A DNA stretch of 64,000 bases from Klebsiella phage vB_KpM_FBKp24. The stretch lies in the sequence record MW394391.1; one strand, written 5' to 3'. Below the pieces are notes generated by a model. That model saw nothing but the letters and a program-made list of their open reading frames with translations. It ran no database searches and had not been told where the DNA came from. Positions 9,166 to 18,531 of the stretch are shown here, in pieces; within the stretch, counting starts at the first letter, position 1, and each line of letters opens with the position of its first letter. A program made the position numbers and the translations under genes.

Positions 9166-9987
9166 TCATTCTGCGTAGATCGCTAAGGCAGTTTGGCAAA
9201 TCGGAGAACGTACACAATCGGCATCGGTAAAGTTAATTACCGGGATACCTAACTGTTTACGCTCTATTCGTTCAAGTAGGTCTGCTAACCCCGACTTGAC
9301 ACCTTTAGGAAGATCGCACTGTTTTAAGTCACCATTAATGATGACCGTGGAATTGTCACCGATACGCGTCAGGAAGAGACGCATCTGATTTACCGTGACG
9401 TTTTGGGCTTCGTCAAGGATAACCACAGCATCGTCGAAAGTTCGTCCGCGCAAGAAACTGAAAGGGGCTACTTCAATTTTCTCGATTTCGGGGCGAAGGC
9501 AATATTGGAGGAAACTCGCACCCATTCTCCGGCGGAGAATATCATAGACCGGTCGGAAGTAAGGAAGGAATTTCTCGTACTGTGTCCCTGGAAGGAAACC
9601 CATCTCTTCTTCCGCTGTCAGCATCGGGCGAGTCACGACGATTTTTTCGACGTTTTTCTCACTGAGTTGATCGACCGCATAAACTGTAGCTAAAAGCGTT
9701 TTCCCTGAACCTGCGGAGCCCGTAGCGATGACGATGTCTTTACTGGCAATCGCATCCATATAAAGACCTTGATTGACGTTCCTGGCTTCAATCGGCGTAC
9801 GATCCCGTTTTTCTTTTTCCATCCCGATCTTGGTAATATCCTGAGAGTTACTTCTGCCGTCGAATCGAATTAAGTCTGCACTTTCTTCGCTCGATAAGGA
9901 CCGTTGCTGGTTCAGTCTACGGCGTGATTCGCGGCGAACTTCACGGTCTAACTTAGCATTACTCTTTTGACGACTCATCAATACCAC
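9166..9987 (-). CDS. phoH: PhoH-like ATPase
   Basis: Walker A ATGSAGSGKT. VILDEAQN, and PhoH-family length and architecture. Confidence 0.85.
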   Translation of the reverse strand: MVLMSRQKSNAKLDREVRRESRRRLNQQRSLSSEESADLIRFDGRSNSQDITKIGMEKEKRDRTPIEARNVNQGLYMDAIASKDIVIATGSAGSGKTLLATVYAVDQLSEKNVEKIVVTRPMLTAEEEMGFLPGTQYEKFLPYFRPVYDILRRRMGASFLQYCLRPEIEKIEVAPFSFLRGRTFDDAVVILDEAQNVTVNQMRLFLTRIGDNSTVIINGDLKQCDLPKGVKSGLADLLERIERKQLGIPVINFTDADCVRSPICQTALAIYAE

Positions 9988-10072
9988 CTTAGCAGATTGT
10001 AAAGAGGCTCACCTTACCATTCCGAGGAGAGCTTTTTCAGAGAAACCCTTTTCTGATTCATAAAAACCTTAA

Positions 10073-10420
10073 CTAAGAATCTTTTCTGATCAGAGGTTTA
10101 AATCCCCAGCTAAAACCGGAGAACAATCTAATCCAAAATGGCGCATCGGGTTTGTATCGGTAAAACAATTTTATCCCCGGTAACCACCCGTAATAACGTA
10201 CGGTTTTAAACCAATTAGTCCTTACCTCTGTAAAGACAGAACTTAACCAGAAACGTATTGTTTCTTTGTGTGGTTCTAATTCAGGGCTGTCGACTAGAAG
10301 TTTGTTGAAAAAATCAGTGAAGAGTAAATTGGGATCGGAATGTGTAAACTCGAGCCGTTTATTAATCGTCGGCTGATCTTCTCCCTCGATCAAGATTTCG
10401 AGAACGTGTTTCTTATCCAT
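10073..10420 (-). CDS. hypothetical protein (115 aa)
   Basis: ORF. Confidence 0.45.
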   Translation of the reverse strand: MDKKHVLEILIEGEDQPTINKRLEFTHSDPNLLFTDFFNKLLVDSPELEPHKETIRFWLSSVFTEVRTNWFKTVRYYGWLPGIKLFYRYKPDAPFWIRLFSGFSWGFKPLIRKDS

Positions 10421-10467
10421 CGTTAGGAACCCCTCGAGGCAAAAAAAGAAAATACATAGTGAAGGTT

Positions 10468-10490
10468 TGGCTCAGGGATTCCCTGAGCCA
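10468..10490 (-). terminator. hairpin terminator
   Basis: TGGCTCAGGGA / TCCCTGAGCCA. An A-run lies upstream on the plus strand. Confidence 0.45.
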
Positions 10491-10498
10491 AATAACGA

Positions 10499-10867
10499 TT
10501 ACGTTTTACTGATCACGCTAAACTGTCCTGCTAGTACTCTGTTATCGTAGAGATACTTTTTAGTACGGGCATTGTAAAGACGTACTTGATAAACGTCGGT
10601 GTTAGTATAATGCTTCAAAACGAAGATGATACGGTTACCGCACTCATACGCCGCCGCAGAAAAAACTAACCCATCGTCATCAATTTCTTCCGGCAAATTG
10701 ATACCAAACTCACAGACGTACTTCTTCCCGTCAACGTACGCTACCGTTCTTTTTTCGCCGATAGTAAAGTTACTTTTATCGTCTTTAAATGAAACGGTGG
10801 TCGCCAACGCCAGAGAAGGTATCAACAGAACAATAACTGCCATAATAAATTTTTTCATCATCAACAT
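10499..10867 (-). CDS. secreted/periplasmic protein with a signal peptide (122 aa)
   Basis: N-terminus MLMMKKFIMAVIVLLIPSLALATT. Confidence 0.5.
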   Translation of the reverse strand: MLMMKKFIMAVIVLLIPSLALATTVSFKDDKSNFTIGEKRTVAYVDGKKYVCEFGINLPEEIDDDGLVFSAAAYECGNRIIFVLKHYTNTDVYQVRLYNARTKKYLYDNRVLAGQFSVISKT

Positions 10868-10873
10868 TCCAAA

Positions 10874-11173
10874 TTAGTGATAAGTACCAGATAACCAGTA
10901 TAGACACTCTTCTTGCTGAGCGACTTCCAGTTTCATTTTCATTTCCGTGAAGCATTTGATGTCATCACGGTGCTGAGAAACAACCGACGGGTCGAATTGT
11001 TCACCCAGTTCGACTAGCATCTCCAGCGACGCGATAGTCCGTGAGAGTAGTTCAATCGTTTTGTTCAGTAACAGCGGCCTGTCAACCAGATCGTGCTCGT
11101 CTTTAATGTTGAACAGCGCATGGTAAACGTTAGTGAGCTCAGTGAATGTCAAATCTACGTTCTGGGTTTTCAT
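10874..11173 (-). CDS. hypothetical protein (99 aa)
   Basis: ORF. Confidence 0.45.
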   Translation of the reverse strand: MKTQNVDLTFTELTNVYHALFNIKDEHDLVDRPLLLNKTIELLSRTIASLEMLVELGEQFDPSVVSQHRDDIKCFTEMKMKLEVAQQEECLYWLSGTYH

Positions 11174-11224
11174 CGTGTACTCCTTTTTACGTTAAGGTGA
11201 AATTAACTAACGGTTTACGTGCTG

Positions 11225-11692
11225 TTATTTGGCGAGAATAGATTTACCTTTATATTCCAACATCAGCCCAGCTAAACCGATCCGTGTTTCCGCTTCCGTT
11301 ACCATTGCCTCTAAAGCAGACATCAGAGTCCGTTCTTTCGCTTTCAAGAATACCGGCTCGAAACCATCCGAGAATACATTATCGAGACTGATGCGTACCC
11401 AAACTTCACCGGTATCTTTCATGGCCACTTCCATTTCCCCGAAATCTTCACAGCGGTTCGGCGCCAAGTCTTTAAGAAACAGAATTGTTTTTCCGCACTC
11501 GTCTCCGACGATCCAGTTACTTTCGTCGAAATTCGTTAATTCTTCAAGGAGTTCGCCGGCATGATAAACAATGATAGCGTTAATACTTTCACGCATTTCA
11601 GTCACTGAGTCAGCGAATTTCTTTTCGCGTTCTTCACGAGTGTAGTTCAGAGAAGAGAAGACATTAGCAACAGCATCTTTGATCAGAGACAT
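11225..11692 (-). CDS. hypothetical protein (155 aa)
   Basis: ORF. Confidence 0.5.
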   Translation of the reverse strand: MSLIKDAVANVFSSLNYTREEREKKFADSVTEMRESINAIIVYHAGELLEELTNFDESNWIVGDECGKTILFLKDLAPNRCEDFGEMEVAMKDTGEVWVRISLDNVFSDGFEPVFLKAKERTLMSALEAMVTEAETRIGLAGLMLEYKGKSILAK

Positions 11693-11827
11693 GTTAGGAT
11701 TCCTTAATTGGTTTAGTTAAACGGAAAGGTCTTTCCTTTCCTTATTCACTCTGGCTATATATACTTTAAAAAAAGTGCATTTCGATTCTTATGAATTTTC
11801 AACTGACTAATAAAGGCTGAGCGCTTT

Positions 11828-13288
11828 ATGGACGTAATTATCGATGGTAAACGTTATATCCCGGAAGAACACGCTTCCCGTAAAATCGGTATCGCGATCT
11901 CCACGCGTAATCGACACGACGTACTAAAGAAAACCCTCGCTGAGCACGCCAAGTTCCTCCCCCCTAATGCGGTAATCTATATTGTCGATGATGGTTCGGA
12001 TACCCCGGTACAAGCTCCTGATTGGGCCGCTGTTCATCGTCATGAAAAAAGTGAAGGGATAGTAGCCGTTAAGAATACATCGCTTCGCCTTTTGATTGAC
12101 GCCGGCTGCGAGCATTTGTATCTGTGGGACGACGACGCCTACCCGATTGCTGATAACTGGTGGGTTCCGTATATGTTGTCACCAGAACCCCATCTCGGAT
12201 ATCAGTTTAAAGACCTAGCGGGAAAAAGAAAAATAAATGACGTTATTGAAGTGTATAATGACGGGAAACATTTTGCACTTTCAGGGCAGCGTGGAGTTAT
12301 GCTCTATTACCACAAATCGGCGATTGATAAAGTCGGTGGTTTCGATCCAATTTATCAACGAGGGATGTATGAGCACGTCGACCTTGCCCTGCGTATTCAT
12401 AACGCAGGTTTAACCACATTCCCGTTTGGTGACGTCGTCGGAAGTAACCGACTTATCCATTCCATGGACGAATACGAAGAGGTTGCGCGGTCTGTTCCGC
12501 CAGCGGATCGTCAACAGCAGGTGGAAAGAAACGTTAAGATTTATACGGCGCGCCGTAAGAGCCAGTACGCCGGTTATGCGCCTTATCGCAAAGCCCGTCG
12601 GGTAGTCGCCACCGCGCTATTAACCGCTTGTACTGACCCACAACGTCAGAATACTCACATGGCAGCAAGTAGTGCTCTACTACAGACGTGGGCAGAGAGT
12701 ATTAAAGGTGCAGAGAAGATTGTTTTTGCAGATCAGCTATCCGATATGTCTGGTGTGACAATAATCAAAGTACCAGAGGTAAGAAATCTTTCCCCGTATT
12801 TTCTCCGCTGGCTGCACATTTACCAGTGGCTGCGTGATAACCCAGATGTTACCCAAATATGGTGTACAGACGGCACCGATGTCAAAATGCTCAAAGAACC
12901 TTGGGATGAAATGGAACCGGGGAAAGTTTATGTCGGAAATGAACATACGACATACGCCAACCCTTGGTTTGACAAAGTCAATTACCAGAAGTATTTGAAA
13001 AACTTTATTACCGCCAACAAAAATGAACAGGTGGTCAACGCAGGGTTAATCGGCGGTTCCAGAGAAGACGTTATGCAACTGGCTCACGGAATGATTGCCC
13101 AAGTGTGGAAAATGAAATCCGAGATCTTCTGGCGAGAAGAACTCGCCCCTGAGTCAGTGACGGACATGGTTATGTTCGGTATCGAAGCGAAGAAGTTTGG
13201 CGATCGATTAGTGCACGGCCCTATTGTCAACACCGTTTTTAAAGGTAACGAACACGGTAAAGATATCGCTTGGTTTGCGCATAAATGA
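11828..13288 (+). CDS. glycosyltransferase with an N-terminal GT-A (family 2-like) domain (486 aa)
   Basis: IAISTRNR..VIYIVDDGSD, a GT2 nucleotide-sugar binding/DXD region. AAGG lies upstream of the ATG. Confidence 0.6.
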   Translation: MDVIIDGKRYIPEEHASRKIGIAISTRNRHDVLKKTLAEHAKFLPPNAVIYIVDDGSDTPVQAPDWAAVHRHEKSEGIVAVKNTSLRLLIDAGCEHLYLWDDDAYPIADNWWVPYMLSPEPHLGYQFKDLAGKRKINDVIEVYNDGKHFALSGQRGVMLYYHKSAIDKVGGFDPIYQRGMYEHVDLALRIHNAGLTTFPFGDVVGSNRLIHSMDEYEEVARSVPPADRQQQVERNVKIYTARRKSQYAGYAPYRKARRVVATALLTACTDPQRQNTHMAASSALLQTWAESIKGAEKIVFADQLSDMSGVTIIKVPEVRNLSPYFLRWLHIYQWLRDNPDVTQIWCTDGTDVKMLKEPWDEMEPGKVYVGNEHTTYANPWFDKVNYQKYLKNFITANKNEQVVNAGLIGGSREDVMQLAHGMIAQVWKMKSEIFWREELAPESVTDMVMFGIEAKKFGDRLVHGPIVNTVFKGNEHGKDIAWFAHK

Positions 13289-13306
13289 TCTTAGGAGGGG
13301 TTAAGA

Positions 13307-13897
13307 ATGAAAATTGCGGTCGTTGGCCACGTTTCAAGACTCTCTGCGATCGAAAGACTTGTTTCGGCTCTTCCGTGCGAAGTCTTTATGGACAGTGTAG
13401 GGAAAGGGGCTTTACACAATCACCTGAGGGCATTACGTTGGGCGGCAGAACAAAATGAGCGTGTAGTGATCATGGAAGATGACGCCATCCCCGTTACGTC
13501 TTTTATTGAAAAAGCAGAGAAATGGTTTTCGCTATTTCCCGATCAATTTCTTTCTTTTTATTTGGGGACGAGCCGTCCACCTCAATACCAGAAGTTAATC
13601 GATCATTCCATAGAAGACTCCAAAAAGCTCAACCGTCAATTCATTTGGTTGAACCAGTTGATTCACGGTGTCTGTTACTCCCCAGTTCCCGGGACAATTC
13701 AAGATATCGTTGATAAAATCGATATGAATAAACCAGCGGACTTCGCTATAGGTTCTGCTTGGGGTAAATCTGTCTATTACCCTATCAGGTCACTTGTAGA
13801 GCACCGTGACGGTAGATCGGTAGAGAAACACACCGATGGCAGGAAAAAATCTGGTGTGCGAGTAGCGCGCTTCCTAGACGGTAATTTACAGTACTAA
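13307..13897 (+). CDS. putative glycosyltransferase (GT25-like?) (196 aa)
   Basis: VVIMEDDAIP acidic motif. GGAGGGG RBS. Co-oriented and adjacent to the GT2-like gene. Confidence 0.35.
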   Translation: MKIAVVGHVSRLSAIERLVSALPCEVFMDSVGKGALHNHLRALRWAAEQNERVVIMEDDAIPVTSFIEKAEKWFSLFPDQFLSFYLGTSRPPQYQKLIDHSIEDSKKLNRQFIWLNQLIHGVCYSPVPGTIQDIVDKIDMNKPADFAIGSAWGKSVYYPIRSLVEHRDGRSVEKHTDGRKKSGVRVARFLDGNLQY

Positions 13898-13918
13898 AAT
13901 AAAAAGATCAGAGCACAA

Positions 13919-13949
13919 CTCCTCCCGTAGCAGAACGCTACGGGAGGAG
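13919..13949. terminator. Bidirectional terminator
   Basis: 13-bp stem CTCCTCCCGTAGC / GCTACGGGAGGAG. T-rich on the minus side. Confidence 0.7.
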
Positions 13950-13958
13950 AGTGTTATC

Positions 13959-14393
13959 TTACTGAACTAACGTCACGCCTTCAAAGCCATCGACCGAATA
14001 CCCTCGACATTTAACGAAGGTGATGTCGTACGCAAGTTTACCCAGATTGAACAGCGCGTCGCCAAGATCAATCCGTTCAACTTCGATTGCACAACTCCCT
14101 TCAAAGAGGTAGATAGGTATACCCTTCTCGGCCACAAAGACAATCCGTTTACCGGAAAGCTCGGCGTCGGCTTTCGCCTTTTTGATCTCAGCCATCAAGT
14201 CGACCGCCTTTAGTTCCCCGTGTTCGCTGTGCAAGAAGAGGATAACGTCCTCCTTTAATTCCGGTACGACACCGGAAAGGAAAGTTTCTGCTTCAGCGCA
14301 ATCTTCCCCGATAATCGACAAAGAATGTTGAGACTTTAAAAACTGAACGAATAACTGTTTAACGGGGGTCACGCAAAACTCCTTAGCTGACAA
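13959..14393 (-). CDS. hypothetical protein (144 aa)
   Basis: ORF. Confidence 0.5.
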   Translation of the reverse strand: MSAKEFCVTPVKQLFVQFLKSQHSLSIIGEDCAEAETFLSGVVPELKEDVILFLHSEHGELKAVDLMAEIKKAKADAELSGKRIVFVAEKGIPIYLFEGSCAIEVERIDLGDALFNLGKLAYDITFVKCRGYSVDGFEGVTLVQ

Positions 14394-14571
14394 AAGCCCT
14401 GAAACAAATAAAATGTAACCAGCCGAAAACCACGGCGCAGAAAAGACAACTGGAAAATGACAGCCACTTTCTCTTCAGTCCATCCCGACAAGCAATACCT
14501 ACGCTCATCAAGACCAGGTTTCCGCTGAACATGATTAGCACCCAGAGCAGCGAGTTAAGCGCGAACGTCAT
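14383..14571 (-). CDS. small membrane protein (62 aa)
   Basis: Two hydrophobic helices. Confidence 0.4.
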   Translation of the reverse strand: MTFALNSLLWVLIMFSGNLVLMSVGIACRDGLKRKWLSFSSCLFCAVVFGWLHFICFRAFVS

Positions 14572-14692
14572 CCTTTACTCCGGAGATAGTTTCTAACTTC
14601 CAATAGAGTTCTTTCCCTTCTCGCTTATCGGGATTAGGAAGTTTGCCCTTGCTCACGCGGATACGCACTGCAGCCTGAGAAATACCTAACAT
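14555..14692 (-). CDS. small putative HTH DNA-binding protein (45 aa; below the ORF-track cutoff)
   Basis: MLGISQAAVRIRVSKGKLPNPDKREG.. is an AlpA/Xis-like HTH signature. Its stop overlaps the next start (ATGACG). Confidence 0.3.
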   Translation of the reverse strand: MLGISQAAVRIRVSKGKLPNPDKREGKELYWKLETISGVKDDVRA

Positions 14693-14693
14693 T

Positions 14694-15161
14694 TTAGCGA
14701 CGTCTTTGATGTTTTTCAATGGGGTCAGTCCTTACAGAATTATCTTTAACAAAAGTGAAATCGAATCCTTCGATCGTTTCTATCTGAGCAATCCGACCGT
14801 AATCCGATTCGATGATTAAACTCTGGCTTCGCATAGCAAATCCAGAGAGGTCTGGAAATAGATTTCTGAAGCCGATGGCTTCTGGGGAAAGCGCGATGTC
14901 CGCATATAACCACATAGCGCCAGTACTGACGTTATTGACGATTTCATAACCCACTAAGTACCCGGCACTTTCATTTCGCCGAAACGATTTTTCCCAATCG
15001 TCCACCTGACAAAACGTCACGTAGCCAATACTTCCAAAGTTTAAGATGGATTGCATTTGCTTTTCCAGTTGATCTAACGTGATGTTATATTGATCATTGG
15101 AAAGATTCATCGCTGGCGAATTGAAGGTCATTAATTCAATATTGCGGACAAACTCTGACAT
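14694..15161 (-). CDS. hypothetical protein (155 aa)
   Basis: ORF. Confidence 0.5.
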   Translation of the reverse strand: MSEFVRNIELMTFNSPAMNLSNDQYNITLDQLEKQMQSILNFGSIGYVTFCQVDDWEKSFRRNESAGYLVGYEIVNNVSTGAMWLYADIALSPEAIGFRNLFPDLSGFAMRSQSLIIESDYGRIAQIETIEGFDFTFVKDNSVRTDPIEKHQRRR

Positions 15162-15179
15162 AGCACTTACCCCACGAAA

Positions 15180-15707
15180 CTAACCCCCGAAAGAATGGGA
15201 GGAAAACGAAGAATGTGACCGCGACGTTGAACCGAACCCTGAGCGAGTAACAGTCTTCACGCCCGATAAGCCGTTAGCAGTTCGGGTAGGGGAGAATTCT
15301 GTCCCTGTGCGAGAGCGAAAGGTTTCGCTATTCCTTGATCGATAGAAAGGCTGTGCGTAGCTCCCCGTACCGCCATAGGAATAATAATGCGGGTAGGGGT
15401 AGAAGTGAGCACCGCCATGGGACGTGTATTCACAACGATTCGCGTCGTTATCCTTTTCGCATTCTTCTTTGGTACGATATGACTTCCCTGTAACCTTTGC
15501 ATTATCAACCGCTGATTTATACGCATTGGTACAGTTCGAGGAATAATCGTTCAACGTCTTCTGACATTCAGAGATCGAGCCATAAGGACGATACGTGTCG
15601 TCAGAGACATCGCAACCTGATAAGAAAGCGCTGCTGATTATAATTCCGCCCGCGAGAATGATTCTTTTACGGAATCTCGCCTTAGCAATATTTTTTGTTC
15701 TTTTCAT
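15180..15707 (-). CDS. lipoprotein (175 aa)
   Basis: Signal peptide plus a lipobox LSGC. Ser/Thr/Gly-rich C-terminus. Confidence 0.55.
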   Translation of the reverse strand: MKRTKNIAKARFRKRIILAGGIIISSAFLSGCDVSDDTYRPYGSISECQKTLNDYSSNCTNAYKSAVDNAKVTGKSYRTKEECEKDNDANRCEYTSHGGAHFYPYPHYYSYGGTGSYAQPFYRSRNSETFRSRTGTEFSPTRTANGLSGVKTVTRSGFGSTSRSHSSFSSHSFGG

Positions 15708-15785
15708 TACCCTTGCCTTAAAAGTAAATAATCAAATAAATTCAGCGGTATAAAAAAATAGACAGAGATAACCCCTGTCTACACC

Positions 15786-16178
15786 TTAATGGTCCATTGC
15801 CGTAGGGGATTGGTTAGATGGCCTAGTAACAGACCATGCAAATCCCCCGCTACCTTTTTGTACTTTGATAACAATATCGGCAACAAATTTTGTTTTGTTA
15901 GTGAGCGCCCTTACGTCCAGCGTCAACCATAACTGACGGTTAGGTACTATTACCGGTTGTGGTTTCGAAGGGTGGGATAACAACGTCACAGTATCAAACG
16001 TCCCTGCTGAAGGTATCTCGGGCAGTGAATCAGAAAAAAGTTTACCTACGCTTCTTTTCGTGATCGGACCAAATTGGTCCTCTACAAAGGTGAGTAAATC
16101 ATCCTCAAGTTCCCCGATAAGCAAGACGATTTTATTTTCTTGCCACATGACCGCATTGAGCGCATCTTGACAATTCAT
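15786..16178 (-). CDS. hypothetical protein (130 aa)
   Basis: ORF. Confidence 0.45.
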   Translation of the reverse strand: MNCQDALNAVMWQENKIVLLIGELEDDLLTFVEDQFGPITKRSVGKLFSDSLPEIPSAGTFDTVTLLSHPSKPQPVIVPNRQLWLTLDVRALTNKTKFVADIVIKVQKGSGGFAWSVTRPSNQSPTAMDH

Positions 16179-16624
16179 TTGGTTTTCTCCTCAAGTTGAG
16201 CCAAACCACTTTTTCTTTCGGTGCGATCAAAACCATACACCGACAACTGACCTTCATTTAATTCAAAGTGCGCGATAATGTCGGCCTTAAACAACGTCTT
16301 GGGCGGAAAGGAATAATCCTGATAGAACCCTTTCGCAAACGAGCCCTCGGAGAGAAATAGGACAGACTCCTCACGCCCACCTATTGCCGGGAAGATTCGA
16401 TTCAGTTGTTTTGTCGCGCCAATAAATCGTTCAACCGGCTTGTAGTAAATGGCCATGTCAAAGCTCATGTGCCGTTCGATAATGATATTTCTGCGGTCAC
16501 TGGGAATGTTTTCAATTCCCAATTCCGCCAACCCCATCGCCAGTGCTTTTTCACTGTTACCAGTAATCAAAACAAACTTACCCTTGGCCGGAACCACTAA
16601 AGCTTTCAGTGTTTCAATGTTCAT
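16175..16624 (-). CDS. hypothetical protein (149 aa)
   Basis: ORF with a 4-nt overlap with its neighbour. Confidence 0.5.
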   Translation of the reverse strand: MNIETLKALVVPAKGKFVLITGNSEKALAMGLAELGIENIPSDRRNIIIERHMSFDMAIYYKPVERFIGATKQLNRIFPAIGGREESVLFLSEGSFAKGFYQDYSFPPKTLFKADIIAHFELNEGQLSVYGFDRTERKSGLAQLEEKTK

Positions 16625-16652
16625 GTTATTTCTCCTCTATTGAAAAATATAA

Positions 16653-16672
16653 GTAGGGGAAATTTCCCCTAC
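16653..16672. terminator. hairpin terminator
   Basis: GTAGGGGAAA / TTTCCCCTAC followed by TGTTTTATTT. Confidence 0.55.
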
Positions 16673-16676
16673 TGTT

Positions 16677-16976
16677 TTATTTACGATACGCTTTTGTACT
16701 ACCGTCGGTCTTTTGGTCGTACTGGTTTTCAGAAGGGCAATACGGATCACGGGCGGCGTAACTGCCTCCTAAGACAGGCGTAATACTTTTCCCTTCTACG
16801 TAAAAATATTCACAACCTGTCGCATGATCCACGATGATTCGCAGATAACCATCATCCATAGATTTCTTTTCGAATCGCCCACTGTAGTCGCCGTTAGGGT
16901 CGTCCCAAACCGTAATTGAATCAGCCAATGCGCTATGAGACAAGAACAGAAACGCAACAAGAAATAGTTTATACAT
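16677..16976 (-). CDS. secreted protein (99 aa)
   Basis: Signal peptide MYKLFLVAFLFLSHSALA. Confidence 0.5.
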   Translation of the reverse strand: MYKLFLVAFLFLSHSALADSITVWDDPNGDYSGRFEKKSMDDGYLRIIVDHATGCEYFYVEGKSITPVLGGSYAARDPYCPSENQYDQKTDGSTKAYRK

Positions 16977-17424
16977 CTAACACCACCCCCGAAGCACTGA
17001 ATTTATTTCGCCAGACAAACAGGGAAATCCCCTTTTCATTACGTTTGGCTTCTAACCAGACATCAGGTAAGATTTTTATTCTATCTCCCGCACCGCCAGT
17101 CGAAAGCCATAGTTTCTTCCCGCCGGTTTCAGCCGATAACCCAATGCCCATGGCGACGTCGTGAACCGAATCAATATAGTCGTTGAGCGGTTCTGTTACT
17201 TTATTTTCACCTAACCGGTTTTCCCAGTACGTAATGGTGTCAACCTCACCGTCGGAGGTTTTTGTAACATTACGCTGTAACAGAGCCACTTGAGCAACGT
17301 TGGTCACCTTATTACTGAATAATATATCGACCGTCGAAAGTAATAGATCCTCATCAGCAGCGGTGAGTAATAAACTGGATTTTTCTTGGGTGGTGAAGTT
17401 CTTGATAATGCTTTCGATATTCAT
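16969..17424 (-). CDS. hypothetical protein (151 aa)
   Basis: ORF. Confidence 0.5.
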   Translation of the reverse strand: MNIESIIKNFTTQEKSSLLLTAADEDLLLSTVDILFSNKVTNVAQVALLQRNVTKTSDGEVDTITYWENRLGENKVTEPLNDYIDSVHDVAMGIGLSAETGGKKLWLSTGGAGDRIKILPDVWLEAKRNEKGISLFVWRNKFSASGVVLDV

Positions 17425-17873
17425 TTTTTACTCTCCAGATATTCCTCGACATCTTCGACGACTAATCTTTCTTGGTGGGCTATTTCTTCTGCCGACATGC
17501 CAATTTTATCGCAGTTATCAATTACATTAAAATTAGTAAAAGCACCCACCAAATTAAGATCTACCGTGATATCAGATAAAACATCATCTAAAAAATCACC
17601 GCTCAAACCAACCGTTAATAACGCAGTTTCGCCCAATACTTCAGGTGCCATTAACCTTTCTTTAATTTTATCTATACCAGAAAGTGCTTCGGTCACCAAA
17701 ACCCCAGTGGGCTTATTTCGCAAATCGGTAAGAATTTTAACTGACTCGGATTTAAATTCATCGACCATTTCTGAATGGATTTCTTTTACTTCAGCGATTT
17801 TCTCCGGCGTTAATCTTCTTACGATTGCTTTTTGGGCTTCCTCGATAATCACCACATCGATATCTTTATCCAT
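17421..17873 (-). CDS. hypothetical protein (150 aa)
   Basis: Charged, well-balanced composition. The antisense 171-aa ORF is a low-complexity artefact. Confidence 0.5.
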   Translation of the reverse strand: MDKDIDVVIIEEAQKAIVRRLTPEKIAEVKEIHSEMVDEFKSESVKILTDLRNKPTGVLVTEALSGIDKIKERLMAPEVLGETALLTVGLSGDFLDDVLSDITVDLNLVGAFTNFNVIDNCDKIGMSAEEIAHQERLVVEDVEEYLESKK

Positions 17874-17874
17874 C

Positions 17875-18459
17875 TCAGAATCCTTTCGTCGAATTCATTA
17901 ACGTAAGACTCGGCATGTTAAAGTGCCGATCAGATTGAATCTGCGCAGCTAACGAGGTAATAGTTTTAGCTCGTAAAAGAGCCCATTGACCACTAATTGA
18001 AACAATTACCCCGGCGTCCTGGTTTTCCCCGACCAAAAAAGTCGTGTAAGAAAGTACAGAGCGCGTTTTCGCAATGAGGTTCTTCTGCTGTTCTTCGGGG
18101 ATAGGTTGACCTATCTCCTGGTGCGCGCTGATGAGATCGAGGACATCCTGTTCGCAGTAAACCGGGAACAACTGATCTTGCCCAGGGATACGTTTGCACC
18201 GCTGATAATAACGCGTCAGTGTAGGGAGAAAGGAAAAACGTTCTACAGTATTATCGTCTACCGTCACCTTTTCTAAGAACTCACTCTCTAAGCGAGTGTA
18301 GCGGTCATTTCTCCGGTTTATAGACGAGTAAAGAACTACCTGTTCGCCATCCGTTAAATTGTCGGCAGAGACAACGAGATCATCGACGATATAAACTCCG
18401 CCTTTGTAATGACGGAAAATATCCCACTGACGTACTTCACGTTTTACTGAGCTATACAT
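17875..18459 (-). CDS. hypothetical protein (194 aa)
   Basis: AAAGAGG RBS. Confidence 0.5.
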   Translation of the reverse strand: MYSSVKREVRQWDIFRHYKGGVYIVDDLVVSADNLTDGEQVVLYSSINRRNDRYTRLESEFLEKVTVDDNTVERFSFLPTLTRYYQRCKRIPGQDQLFPVYCEQDVLDLISAHQEIGQPIPEEQQKNLIAKTRSVLSYTTFLVGENQDAGVIVSISGQWALLRAKTITSLAAQIQSDRHFNMPSLTLMNSTKGF

Positions 18460-18486
18460 TTTATTAACCTCTTTCGTTGTAATGAG

Positions 18487-18522
18487 CGACTTTACCCGTC
18501 CGTTAGTGGACGGGTAAAGTCG
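18487..18522 (-). other. 14-bp-stem hairpin between genes
   Basis: CGACTTTACCCGTCC / GGACGGGTAAAGTCG. No T-run follows. Confidence 0.4.
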
Positions 18523-18531
18523 GGTACGGTA

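Noticed and set aside
17386-17901. 171-aa plus-strand ORF
   Set aside because: Ser/Thr/Ile-rich low-complexity translation, antisense to a well-formed 150-aa minus-strand gene.
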